Shown here: positions 38,213 to 52,660 of the stretch, piece by piece
How the letters are laid out: each line of letters starts with the position of its first letter
Numbering within the stretch: the stretch's first letter is position 1
Assembly: GCA_030770535.1 (NCBI GenBank)
Contig: JASVEC010000111.1
Coordinates: 1-52,660 of the forward strand
Source: Batkoa obscura
Taxonomy: Eukaryota
Length of the DNA: 52,660 nt
Direction: 5' to 3'
The notes under the pieces: generated by a model
Told to the model about the DNA's origin: nothing
Seen by the model: the letters and a program-made list of their open reading frames with translations, nothing else
Database searches by the model: none
Made by a program: the position numbers and the translations under genes

Positions 38213-39641
38213 TTAGAATGATAACTGATTGAAATAAATTGAAATAAAAAGTACCTAAATACAATAGTTCAATTAGGATAACTTTTTTTATTAATACTCA
38301 ATTTAAGGACATTTTTTGGTTTCATTTATTATCCATTTTTAATAGAAGTTGACTTATATTAACCACAAAAATAAGAAAAGCTTAAAGATTAGAATGTTTA
38401 ACCTAGTCTTATACATTAAATAAAACACTTTTATTATACTTTTTAAGGCAATGACTAATAAAGACAAATTGACAACTTTAAGCTTTAATTCAGAAATTTT
38501 ATAATCTCAAAAGGTGGATAGTTGCCTAGTTAATCATAAGCTGTCAAAGATATCCTAATTTAGATAACATCTTTTTCATTTTTTCATAGACTATAAATTG
38601 CGTATTTAAGGACAAATTTTAGACCAAAATTTGATAAATTACAAAGCTTAGACATTAAAAAATGTAAAAATAATTTAATTGTGAAATTATCACTAAATAG
38701 CTTGAAAAAAGTTGAAAGGCGTGTATATTAGATTAGATTCATCTGAACTTTTATAAATTAGATTATATTAATGCTAATAAATTTTTAATATAACTTTGAA
38801 ATATACCTTTTGTCAAAATATTTAGCATATTAGATGTATTATATATATATATTCTATGTTTCTTTTTTGGCAGATCAAGTCCGGTACTTAAGTATCAGAT
38901 AAAATATGGAGTCAAGTGGTAGGTTATTAATAAGAAAAATCACATTTTTAAAAAATTTGCAAACTATTATTTTTAAAAAACATAGAATCGAAAATCATCA
39001 AATTTTAAAGCAGAGTAATAGCAAGTCTTTCAAGAGTCTAATGAAAGTAATTTTATAATCTTTGAATATCTTATTAGTAAGTTTACTGTTTCTTATTTTT
39101 TCCTTATTTTTTATCTATAAATTAGACTGAACTTGATTTACTAAAAGAAAATATAAAAGTATGCCTACTAGTATATAGCATGGCAAATGCTTTGAGAAAA
39201 AGTGTAGGTAATTTTAAAATAAAACAAACGGAAAAACTGATAATAAATAGAGTAGGGTTAATAAGAAAGGCAGATCAAGTGATAATCATGTATAAATTTA
39301 ATAGCTACATTATCACAAACATATATTTTCAAAAGAATGAATATTTAGTTAATCGCGCGATTATCGAGTGAATATTAATTTTAATGAGCATTGAAGCTAT
39401 CTAAAAATAAATTAAAGTCATTATTTATGATAATTTAATAAACAGCTTAATAGAATAAAACAGCCTCTACAAATAAGTTGGAAATACCCAATCAATCCCA
39501 AAAAAAATCTGAAATAATGGTTAAATGATAGTTAGTTGTGGCTGGTAAAAAAAAAAGATAGGCAACAGCAAAGCATGAATATAAAGAATATAAACAAACA
39601 AAAATTTACTTTGAGTTTAGTTTAATTCAGTCTGTTAAAAA

Positions 39642-40443
39642 ATGGTACGAATTTTAAAACTTTTAGCTACTTTATTAACCGTTGTACATTGTGCTGAGTA
39701 TAGTTCATATAACATGATCTCAAGTGACTCTAAAAGTAAATAGTATATGAAATAATATATAATCAGGTTTTTATGTTTTTATTGTAGATATAATTGAGCC
39801 TTATTTCCCAAAACAACCAAAGTATAAGGTAGGGGCAATGTTATATGAAGAGTTTACAATGTTGGATTTAATTGGGCCAATGGAGGTATTAGGAGGACAA
39901 CCTGATATAGTGTCCGTTGAAACTATAGGAATTAAATCCAACTCTTCAGTATATTCAATGTTTAAAACTATGTCATTTAATATTGAATTAAGTATGAAAC
40001 AAGCAATTGAAAAAGATTGGGATTTATTAGTAATACCTGGTGGTTTTGGTGTAGATAATTTGATTGAAAATCAAGAATTTATCGAAGATTATAAAAAATT
40101 AATCGAAAAATCGAAAGTTGTATTTTCAGTATGTACTGGGGCAGTAGCATTAGCTAAAACGGGTGCATTAAATGGTCATGAAGCTACAACAAATAAGTTA
40201 CTTTATACGAAATACACCCCAATGTTTCCAGAGGTTAATTGGCATACTAATGCTCGCTGGGTTCATCACAAAAAATTTATTACTTCTTCTGGTGTCACTG
40301 CTGGTATAGATGCTGCCTTTTATATATTATCATTGATGAAAAATGATAATGAGGCTGATGAGTTTTCAAAGATTATAGAATATACACCCAACAAGGATCC
40401 AGATAATGATCCATTTGCTCAATATATTACCCATACAAAATAA
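39642..40443 (+). CDS. DJ-1/PfpI (isonitrile hydratase-like) protein with predicted signal peptide
   Basis: Exon 1 39642-39735 MVRILKLLATLLTVVHCAEY..., intron 39736-39787, in frame with ORF 39838. Motifs FTMLDLIGP, IPGGFG, SVCTGA, TSSGVTAGID and IEY. Confidence 0.88.
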
Positions 40444-40903
40444 ACTATTATAAATTTTCATTTTGAACTTTTATAGCTAATTTTATAGTCTAAATTAAAT
40501 TTAGTTGAATAAAAAAGTCCTGAGCTAAATAAGGTATATTTTTTTGAATAGCTGATATTGATTACAAGTCAATATTTGAATAAATTTTATATCTACTTAA
40601 TGGCAGGAACTTGTCTATTTTGAAGATAACAGCATTATATTTATGATGTTAAAAAGCTTTATTATAATATGTATTTTGACTATTAATTGATATACACTAA
40701 TTAATAGCTAGATCGGTTTTATTATTTAATTACAATCCCTTATTTAATGTAATAATCTAGTTTTTAATATTATGTAGAATAAAAAATGCATTTTGCTCTA
40801 AAAAAGTTTATTAAAATATTATTCTTTATTACTTATGATACTATCTCTAAGGGAATTAAAATGCATTATATTTTAAAATATATATATGACAAAAAGAATA
40901 TAT

Positions 40904-41098
40904 GGGGATGTATTTTTGTGTTTAAGAATTTTACCAACAAAATTTCCGCTTAAATGGCGCTTAGAAAACGGAAAAAATAAAGTCAAAAAAAACACTCTCA
41001 TATTGTGATGTTTTTTGGTTTCATTACTTTTTCCATTTTTTAAGCGCTATTTGAGTGGAAAGACTGTTAATAAAATTCTTAAACAAAAATATATCCAC
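40904..41098. mobile_element. tail-to-tail pair of MITE family A copies
   Basis: 40904-40999 (+) and 41004-41098 (-) arranged ATAT-[A]-ATAT-[A reversed]-ATAT. Confidence 0.9.
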
Positions 41099-41698
41099 AT
41101 ATGATGAAACACAATAAGAAACATAACATCATCAATATAAAAATAATAATAATAATTTAGTTAATAATCGTAGGATGTTTATTTATAAAATAAGAGTTAA
41201 AAATAGCGCTATGTACTTTTTTTCTATTAGGTTAATTTTAAAAGTTATTTTTATAATTTAATGAAATTCTTAGTAAATGATTAAAGAATTTCTTTGACCA
41301 ACAATTATTCTATATTGATCTAAGTGTCACTATTATTAGTAAATTTTTACTATTATATTAATACTTGTGTCGTTATACTACTGCTCCCATTATTATATTA
41401 CTGTTATTAATATTATATTACTATCAATGCTATATTAATTTCACAATTAATTTTTTTCTTTTACCAAAAGTTCTTGGTTCCTTAAATTAGTTCTCACCAA
41501 TCAACTTTTAGCATGAATTAAAATTCAAACTTAGGGGTAACTTGAAGCTTCGCAGTGGGGAAATATGAATTTAAGGGAATAATAATGGAATAATTGTAAA
41601 AATAAGTAAAGTTGGACAGTTTACCCTTTATTTTTTTTGTAATCTAAATAATATCTTAAATAATTAACATAATAAATAAAAGCACCGCAAAATATAAA

Positions 41699-44600
41699 AT
41701 GGAAGAAACCTTATCCGTAAGACAACGTATTGAACGGTTGAAATTAAACAATTCCACAACTCTTCAACCCCATTCACATAGCCCAACTCTCGACCCAAAA
41801 GGAGCAGTCATGATCCAAGGGATTTTACCAAAGATGAAGAACAATAGTTCACCAAAACCTAGTTTTGAACAAGGGGCATTATTTCAACCACAAAGCTTTA
41901 AAAAGAAACCAGAAATTCAATTAAAACATATGATGGAAATCGAAAACCCATTTCTTGATGAAAGTGAAAGTGGACAAGGGACCGAAGGAATTAATACTGT
42001 TATTTCACCAGTAAGTTTTACAACCAACTCGACATTAAATTCTCCAAAAATTGTTACTAAGGTAAGTATGTCAAGGGAAAATAGCGGTGGATATAAAGAG
42101 GAAAATAATGGAAGTTTAGGAATCAAAAAACAAATACCAGAGATAAATGTCAACCTGAGTTCACCAAAAGTAATCGATAGAATAAACATGCCAAGGGATA
42201 ATAGTGTTGGAGAAAGCAATGTAAATTTAGGAATCAAAAAACAAATACCAGAGATAGATTCAAGTTTAAATTCATCTAATGTTATTAGAAAAATATTGAT
42301 GTCACGAGAAAATAGTACTAGTTCTACAGGGACGAGCAACTTGAGTACGGGAATTAATAAACAAATACCACAAATAAATGTTGGTTTGAATTCACCAAAA
42401 GTAATTAATAAAGTATATATGTCAAGGGAAAATAGTACTGGCTCTACGACGGAAAGTAGTGGAAGTTTAGGGACTCAAAGAAAAGTGCCAGAGTTACCTA
42501 GTAAACCAAAGCTTAATGTAATTGTCAACAGCACAACAACAACTAATAAACCAATGTTACCACCTAAACCAAAGTTAAATCAGGCAAATAGTAAACCCCA
42601 ATTGAGTAGTAAACCTTCAATCAGACATCAAAGTAATTACAGTGGTATTGGAAATCATTCACAATGGCGAGAAGTATTAAAGAGAAGTAACAAAGTATAT
42701 ATGGAAAATGAAAATAATCCAACATTACCTTATATTGGATATCAAGATTTATTTTCCAAAGGAAATAATCGATGTTCATTAACGATTCGAGGGAAATTAT
42801 ATGTAGCTACTAACCAACAGTTAAAATTATATGATATAACAACAAGTGGATTATTAAAAGAAATTAATTTTAATAGTCATTTGATGGGAATTATAAATAA
42901 TAATAATGAAATTATTAGCTTTAATTATTTAAAAACGAAGGATAAAATATTAATTGGATTTAATGATGGGTTATTAATACTATGGGATTTAGAGTTAAAA
43001 CAATATTACATATTAAGAAAGAAAAAGAATATGACATTTATAATGAATCTATTAAATAATAAGGAGGAGTTAATTTCAATTACAAATCAATCAATCATCT
43101 ATTATTTTAATTTAATGGATTTAAACGAAAATATTAAATTAAAGTTGGATTTTACTATTTATGAAAATACATTAAATAATAATAATCATTCTATAGAAAT
43201 TAATAATAATATAATAATAACAGAAGATAATAAATTATGGTACTGTTATGGAAAAACAATACTAATATTTCAATTAGATTATCAACAAATTGAATTAACA
43301 AACAAAATTAATCTAAATTATAATCAAGCTAATATAACGGGTATATTAAATTATATAAAAAAAGAAATTATATTAATTGCCCATCAAGATGGTAAATTAA
43401 GTATATATCATCAAGATACATTTGAGTTAATTAATACATTGACAATATGTAATTATAAAATACAACAATTATTATTGGTTAAAAATACCTTCTTATGGTT
43501 AGTAGCAGTAAATAAAATTTATATTTTAAATTTTAATAATCATGGTTTGAACTTAATTAAACAATTTGAAGCTCACACAAATTCAATTCAATGTTTAAGT
43601 ACAAATGTAGAGATTGAAAATTACAGTAATAATTTAAGTTTAGTTTATTCTAGTTGTGAACAAGGTCAATTTAAATTTTGGGACGGTAATTTAACATATG
43701 ATTGGCAAAGTAAGTTTATTATAAATAAACATAATATTTATATTTATTTATTTATTTATTTTATTATTAGTAATTCAATTACAAAAATTATCAAAAGAGT
43801 ATAGTAATTATAAAGAAATTGATTTGAGAATCTGTTCATTTAATGTTGGTGCTAATAAACCAGAAGAAGTAATAAACTCAAAGAATTCTGATTATTTATT
43901 AGAATGGATTGGTGATGGATTACCAGATATAATTGTATTTGGATTTCAAGAAGTAGTTAATTTAGATAGTAAAAAAGTAACTGCAAGTAAGCTTATTATT
44001 ATTATTATTATACTATATTAATAATTTTCTATTTATTTACATTCATATTTTATTAATTAATAGAAAGTATATTTCAACGTAAAGAAGAAAAGAAAGAAAG
44101 AATGATAAGTAGTCGATACAATGAATGGAAAATTCAATTATTAAATTTTATACAACAAAATTATTCAATGGATTATGAAATATTAATAAGTGAAAATATG
44201 ATTGGTTTATTTAGTTTAATTATCATTAAATCAGAGTTAAAATCTCAAATTCACTTGTTGGAATGTGTAATTAATAAAACTGGATTTGGTGGCTTACATG
44301 GTAATAAGGGGGGTATACTAGTTAAGTTTTTATTACATGATTCTAGTTTTTGTTTTATTAATTGTCATCTTGCTGCGGGTCAAAAAGAAATTAGTAATCG
44401 AAACCAAGATATATTTAATATATTAAAAAAATCTCAATTTATTACAACAGCAGTAACAAATAATAATAACTACAATTCATCTTATATAAGAACAGGACCA
44501 ATTTCAGTGCCTTGGCCAACAATTAAAAAAGAAGAATTAATTTATTTAAATAAACAAGAAGGCATTGAACCATTAAATTATGAACATTTATTTTTCTCTG

Positions 44601-45016
44601 GAGATTTAAATTATCGAATTAATTTAGATCAGCAAGCAGTCAAAAATCTAATATCTTATAAAGACTATTCTCAATTAATACAATTTGATCAATTAACACA
44701 ATTAAAAAATAGCCCTCTTCCATTTTTATTAGATAATTTTAAAGAAGAAGAAATCTTATTTAATCCAACCTATAAATATGATTTATATACAAATAATTAT
44801 GATACAAGTGAAAAAAAAAGAGTACCTGCTTATTGCGATAGAATATTAATTAAATCAAAAAATATCAAATGTAATAAATATAATCGAATTGAAATTAATT
44901 GCTCTGATCATAGACCAATTATGGGTTGGTTTAAAGTTGGGGTTAAAATTGTTAACCAGAGTAAATTAGATAAAATTAATTTATATTTAAAAAATAAATG
45001 GGAGGAGATGGCTTAA
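41699..45016 (+). CDS. inositol polyphosphate 5-phosphatase with N-terminal repeats, Pro-rich and WD40-like region
   Basis: SFNVGANKP, FGFQEVV, HGNKGG, NCHLAAGQ, FFSGDLNYRI, PTYKYD, PAYCDRIL and SDHRPI; introns ~43710-43770 and ~43987-44063. Confidence 0.93.
42035..42497 (+). repeat. four coding tandem repeats of 111-120 bp
   Basis: Units start at ~42035, 42155, 42266 and 42386; consensus LNSPKVI.K..MSRENS....S...LGI.KQIPEIN. Confidence 0.88.
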
Positions 45017-45535
45017 GTTGAGAGTAATAATGAGCCAAGTTAACAAATGGAGAGAGATAAGATAGATGATAGGTAGCTATCTATGTTGGATAGGGAGCGT
45101 TAAGAAAAATTAAACTTTTTCTTTTATTATATGTATTTATAGTTTTATAAGCTCTGTTAATAAATATGATCTTTTGTACAATTGTTTTTTTTGAATTATT
45201 TATTATTAAGTTACTATTTTAATATTGAAAAAATTAAGAATTTATTAAGATTAAAGTTAGTGAATTTAATTGAGTAAAGGGGGAAAATTCGAGCGAATTA
45301 TTGCCCTATAAACGTATATTTTTAGTCAATAAAAAGTCAACCGCGATTTTTTTCAAGTCGTAATTTAGTGAACTTTTCTATTAATTTTATTGTTTAATTC
45401 AACTTCAAAATTTTCAAATTTCCAATTTTAAGAAACTACCTCATTCAATTTCTCCACAATCAAAAATTCAACTCTTTTAATACAATAAACTCGATATTCA
45501 AAGATTTAAAAAGCAGAAAAATATACAATATTATT

Positions 45536-47316
<1,781 letters not shown>

Positions 47317-47721
47317 AAGATAGAAATATTTTTTATTTCTACTTATCTTTTTTTTGTTCTATTACACTCCCCTCCCTCTCACTTCTATCCTAGCTACTTT
47401 TTTTTGCTTATTTTTAACTAGCATTTTATTTTTTAATAAAGTTTACTTTTAATTATATTTTAATAAGCTTAAAAATCAACTCGTGCTAGTTCGTGAAAAT
47501 AGGCATTCCGATTTCTAATTCATTAAATATTTGTATAATAAAATTAATCTTTTACTTCAAATATGTTATTAATTACCATTAGAATAATGATATAAATTCT
47601 TATTAGAGCTATTAAAATTACTTTATTTATTATTCAATATCCTTGACGTTTTAATTCAAATCTAATTATAAGTGAATTAGTATAGTAATGTTACAGGGTT
47701 ATTTAACAATAACCACTGTAT

Positions 47722-47816
47722 GGGGATGTATTTTTTTGTTTGAATTTTACTAACAATTTTTCCACTCAAACAGCACTTAAAAAATGGAAAAAGTGATGAA
47801 ATCAAAAAATATCCTT
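47722..47816 (+). mobile_element. MITE family A copy
   Basis: GGGGATGT start; flanks GTAT/ATAT. Confidence 0.9.
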
Positions 47817-48625
47817 ATATCGAATTTATTCCAAAAACGGCTATGCTTGAACAATAAACTGAACAAAAGATGATACTAAAAAGAAAGACAACTGGTTGAA
47901 TTCCGCTTTTTTTGTCATTAACTAGTTTATTATTATTGTTATAGAATTTACAATATACTTAAGATAAGAGTTTAAAGAACTATTTAGGTTCAATAGATTT
48001 TATAAGAGGTGAGATCAACAGAATTTATCCTCACTTTAATAGAAAGCATTGTAATGTATTAAATATAATAATTAAAGTTTTTAGCTATTTTTTCTATTTA
48101 AAATAGGGTATTATATTTTAATTGAAGTACCTAGAAAATAAAGTGAGAAGAATAAAGAATTACAATTGTTAGTATCGTTGAATAGAAAACTGAAACTTAT
48201 ATTGTCTATTTTTTAATCAAATTTTATGTGGCTATTTTTTTTTATGTTCTTATTTTCAAATGTTTAATAATTTTTAGAACTAAAGTTCAATGATCTCATT
48301 TAGTTTCAAAGTATGTTAAAATTATTTATTTTTATTGGCTAATGACTTTGATTCGGATTTTAATTAGTGCCAATTAGATATCAGAATCAATTCAACTTGA
48401 TCAATGGCTTAAATTATTATCAGTTTTCAACTGGATTAAAATTGAAATTTTTTTATATTTTTAAAAGAATTGAAATCTAAAGTAACTATATTTTAATAAT
48501 TTAAAATAAACTTAATTAAAAAATAATAAAAAAGTAAGTCCATATACTATCAACTATTATAAAACTTTCTTTAAATACCAATGCGTTAACCTTCAGTTTT
48601 AAATTAGTAATTGATTTAATATATA

Positions 48626-49429
48626 ATGTCATCCATCGAAAACAGCGTCTCTGCTTATCTCGCCAATAACAAACCACTTCAACAATTAATTGCCTCGTCC
48701 GGACTTAACAATGTAAGTAAACTCTTCAATGTGATTGCAACTACTCTTACATATACTGATGGACGAGATAAAAGTATGAAAGTGATTCAATATACGTTAT
48801 CCGTCCTCATGATTACATTATTACGTAAAAAACAAATGTTATTAGAACATCATGAGCGTATTGATGGTGTAATGAAAATGTTTGGTGATGCAAGAAAGAT
48901 TGTGAGATTAATGAATTTTACTTCTTTTTTTGCTAAATTGGTTTATTTACTTCAAGGAAAAGGATTCAACCCTAATACTGCTATGGGAGCAGTGGAAAAA
49001 GAGAATTATGGATTAATTATGGTGAAGACGACTAGTGAAATGATTAATGCAATTACAGATGATTTATTCTGTTTATCTAAATATAAGATTGTAGATAGTA
49101 AATTTGGTACTTATGTTAAAACTTGGTCAATTAAACTATGGTGGACTAGTTTATCTATCGATTTATATCTTCATGTAATGAAATATTTCAAGATCAAAAA
49201 AGAGATTGAAATTCAAGAAAAAGGAGATAAAAGAGATTCATTAATTAATAATGAATTACATACAATCAAAGTGAATTTTGTTAAAATTTTATCGGATATG
49301 ATCTTCTGTGGTTATGATTTGTTTCATATTAATAAGAATATTGAAATTATGCACTTTGCTGGTATTGTGTCAGGGTATATTGGATATTCAAGACTCTTTA
49401 AAAAGGTTTATAATAGTACTAAAGCGTAG
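48626..49429 (+). CDS. PEX11: peroxisomal biogenesis factor 11 family protein
   Basis: TDGRDKSMKVIQY, ARKIVRL, DDLFCLSK, SIKLWW and GIVSGYIG fit the PEX11 family. Confidence 0.85.
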   Translation: MSSIENSVSAYLANNKPLQQLIASSGLNNVSKLFNVIATTLTYTDGRDKSMKVIQYTLSVLMITLLRKKQMLLEHHERIDGVMKMFGDARKIVRLMNFTSFFAKLVYLLQGKGFNPNTAMGAVEKENYGLIMVKTTSEMINAITDDLFCLSKYKIVDSKFGTYVKTWSIKLWWTSLSIDLYLHVMKYFKIKKEIEIQEKGDKRDSLINNELHTIKVNFVKILSDMIFCGYDLFHINKNIEIMHFAGIVSGYIGYSRLFKKVYNSTKA

Positions 49430-49564
49430 AGATAACAAGAGACTATTTTATTATAAGAATAAACAAACTTTTAATTTTGAAAAAAGAAGAGAAGAGGAAT
49501 ATAAATGGAATTTGATTTATTTATTATTTTTATTTATTATTTATTATCTTTATTTACTTTTCTA

Positions 49565-50505
49565 TTAATCAAGTATAGCTGTACATTTACCACATAATTG
49601 ATAATATTGATTATAAAATTTACAACTTAATTGATGATTATTTAACTTCTTAATATAAAAATGAATTTGTTGATTAACTAATAGTGGATAAATTAATTGA
49701 TAATTGAAATCTAAGATTTGTCTATCATCTCCATTAATAGTTTTAAAATGTTCCATTAATTTTAATACAAATGTAATAGTCAAAGGTCCATGAACTAAAC
49801 AATCTATCAACGATTATTATTAGTGACAAAGTCGAATTAAAATTATAATATTTAATATATAATAAATGACTTACCTTGATAACCTTCCATTTTAGCATAG
49901 TTGGAATTATAATGAATTTGATGTGCATTAAATGTCAATGCTGAATATCGAAATAATAAAACAGGATTAGTTGTTAAACTAAATTTCATTTCCCCTTCTT
50001 CCACTTCAATTTCTTTTCCGTTTTCTTTGACTTTCATGTGAAATTTATCTTCCCCATCAAAATAAACTAAACTTCGAATCTCCGTCATTGAATGTCCCAT
50101 TTGATTAAAATATTCTTTTTGTTTCATTACTTTAACTAATTCCTTTTTATAATTACTACTAATAATCTTATCCTCTTTAATAATAGAAGTTTGACATGAA
50201 ACTTCTTGTCCATATTTCATAAGATTATTGTGAGTATATAATAACCTTCCACTATGCCACATTATCCTACGGGATTTAGGAAAGTGATCTAAATCATAAC
50301 CATCATTGGCCAGTTTTGATTCCAGATGTTGAGAGAAAAAGTAAGCTAAATGATAATTATATGGTAATGGAGTATCGAATTTTAAAGTTGAATTAAAATT
50401 TTCTGATTTGGGTAAATAAGGGGCTAAAGTTAAGTTAAGTAAAGTCGAGGGTTTTAAAGTGAGTACTTCTTTTTCAATTAACGGTTTTAAATTGGTAAAT
50501 GTCAT
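49565..50505 (-). CDS. HTD2: HTD2/mesaconyl-C4-CoA hydratase-like hotdog dehydratase
   Basis: LANDGYD, RRIMWHSG, LLFRYSALTFNAHQIHYN, EGYQ-DCLVHGPLT across intron 49804-49874. Confidence 0.85.
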
Positions 50506-50961
50506 TGAATTGAATATTAGAAATTAAGTGAAGTATTGGTTTAACAAATTTTAAAATAAAAATGAGAAATGAAAGTTTTCGAAATTGATGTAGATTTTCT
50601 ATAATATGGTGACATCATCTTAACTAAAAATTAGCAAGCTTTCAGGTGTAATAAATTTGATAGGTTTTATTTTAAATATATACTTAAATTTAACTCAATA
50701 TATTCCAAAAATAGAGGTTATATTATTAGTTAAAAATATCACTTTTAGTTATTTATTGAATTTGAAATCTAATTATAAAATATAAATAAAATATTAAAAT
50801 ATTAAAATATTAAAATACAAAATAGTAGATCTTTTCAAAGCTATTAATCTTAATAATATAAAAACTAAAATAACAATAAAAAGTAAACAATCGTTATTTT
50901 ATATGTATATCTTTATAAAAAAAACCTCATTATTCATCCTATACAAAACCTCTTTCCAATA

Positions 50962-52660
50962 TTAATAGAACCCATTATTATTGGAATTCATATTATTTTC
51001 ATTTTCATTATTATGATTAGCCAAATCATTAATTAATTGACCATAAATATGATTATGATTTAATTGTAATTGATTTAAAGTTAATCTTACTTTATCAGCA
51101 ATCTTATCTTTAGTTTCCATAGAAATACAGCTAGATTGTAATATTTTTTGTACTAATCCCAAACCATAGTTAGAATCCGATAAAACAGCTTCAAGTACAC
51201 TTTCATCTTCGGTAAAAAAGATAGCTTCAATTAAATTCTCTCGTGCATCGGGTTCAATTCGTTGATTAATAATTTTTAATATAGTTAATGAAGCTAATTT
51301 ATGAGTACATAAGACAGGCAAATGAACTGAAAATTGAGGTACTAAACTACGATAGCGTCCAGATACTGTACTTGTATCTAATAGCCAAGTTATTAATATA
51401 GATCCATTAGCATCCGTTGATAAAAATAGTCCATGATTAACTAAAGCAATAGCTACTAATTTCTATTTATTTTATTAAAATTATTAATTAATTGTTATTA
51501 AATTAAAACATAAATTAAATTATAAATATTTCTTACTTTCTGTTGATTATTACTAAATTTAGAATCTAAACAAGTTCGTACTGCCCTAGTACCAAATCGA
51601 CCATGAACAATATCCCAAAATCTTGCATGAATAGCATCAAATATAAATTGATTATATTTGGGTCCAAATTTGAGACAACATTGTACTACATAGTTACCAT
51701 ATTGGTCCAATAATAATGGAGGTGTATACGGTTTTAAAGATTCTGATATAATCTTAAACTAAAAAATTAAAATAAATAAATTATTATTATTTAATATTGA
51801 TTTTATTAATCATTAATAAATTAAATTTACCTGTTCATCAGTTGTTGCACAATCAATCATTTTTTGTATTGCCCAAGTTCCATTTTTATGACATCCAATT
51901 GATGCCATATATGGTGATACTTTTTTAATTAATAATGTTCGATGTTCAATATCTCCTTTTTCCATCATTTTTTGAATTATTGTATTACCAACATAATCTA
52001 AGTTTAGTTTGATTATTGAAAGTTAAGTTAAGTTAAGTTGTTATAGATTTGATTATTATTATTATTTACCTGTACACAATTCCACTGCAAGTTCAAATAA
52101 TTCATCAAATATTCTATTATAATTATCCGAATGAACATGACCATCCAAACCTTTACGTTTTTCTTTTAAAGTATTTTGATCGATTCGAATTTCATTATTA
52201 GGTAAATTAGGTACAATTGATTTATATGGAAAACTAACTAATTTTTCTATTGATAATAAATAAAAATTATTATTATATTTTTAAATGAAATAAAAAATAA
52301 ATTACTTACCATCCATACCCAATAAATTACCATTTTCATAAACCCCATAATTAGGATTATTAATATTTTCTTCCAATTTCATTTTATTAATGCTCTCTTC
52401 TAACTGATTCATGTTATCTTCTTTGTTTTCTTTATTTCCTTTAATTTCATTAAATGAATTATCTGAAATTGGACTTTGAACTTCATCTAATTGAATACCT
52501 AATTGGCTTAATGGTATTGGATTAATTGGTCGATTCGTTTTGTTACTTGTTTCTCCAGGTGGTGGTGCTTTGCCATATCCAATTCTTACTACTGATCCAG
52601 ATATTTCTTTTCCATTCATTGTATCTCGTGCCTTTTTGTGCTGCTTCAACTGTAGTAAAA
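50962..52660 (-). CDS. Jsn1/Puf1-Puf2-like RNA-binding protein (RRM plus Pumilio repeats), 3' part
   Basis: RRM end MNGKEISGSVVRIGYGK; Pumilio motifs GNTIIQK, HKNGTWAIQK, DQYGNYVVQC and LCTHKLASLTILKIINQR; several introns. Confidence 0.9.

Noticed and set aside
39180..39371. Isolated short ORFs 39180-39371 and 31941-32126
   Set aside because: No recognisable motifs or splice structure; lengths expected by chance.

Overview
Very AT-rich, intron-rich eukaryotic (fungal) DNA. A Zn2Cys6 factor plus secreted trypsins suggests an early-diverging, probably entomophthoralean (Conidiobolus-like) fungus; this is inference only. Intact-looking genes: a SAPS/SAP190-like PP6 regulator (5' partial), a DUF4272-like protein with a mitochondrial-type presequence, DIS3/RRP44, MDP1, a PRCC-like protein, a Zn2Cys6 transcription factor, a BSD2/NDFIP-like protein, two tandem trypsins, PDA1, a signal-peptide-bearing DJ-1/PfpI protein, an inositol polyphosphate 5-phosphatase, an HST2/SIRT2 sirtuin, PEX11, an HTD2-like protein and a JSN1/PUF-like gene (5' partial). 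The intergenic DNA holds what looks like a whole Sola-like (Sola2-type) DNA transposon family. It comprises a full-length 2.45-kb element (18966-21419; 22-bp TIRs, ATAT duplication, frameshifted DDD transposase), two decayed relatives and about 25 copies of a ~100-bp MITE with matching termini and 4-bp target duplications. Also present: two near-identical 464-bp solo LTRs in inverted orientation, a TTAA-flanked piggyBac-like MITE pair, two profilin pseudogenes and a divergent pair of LigE-like GST pseudogenes. All alignments and exon boundaries were done by eye.
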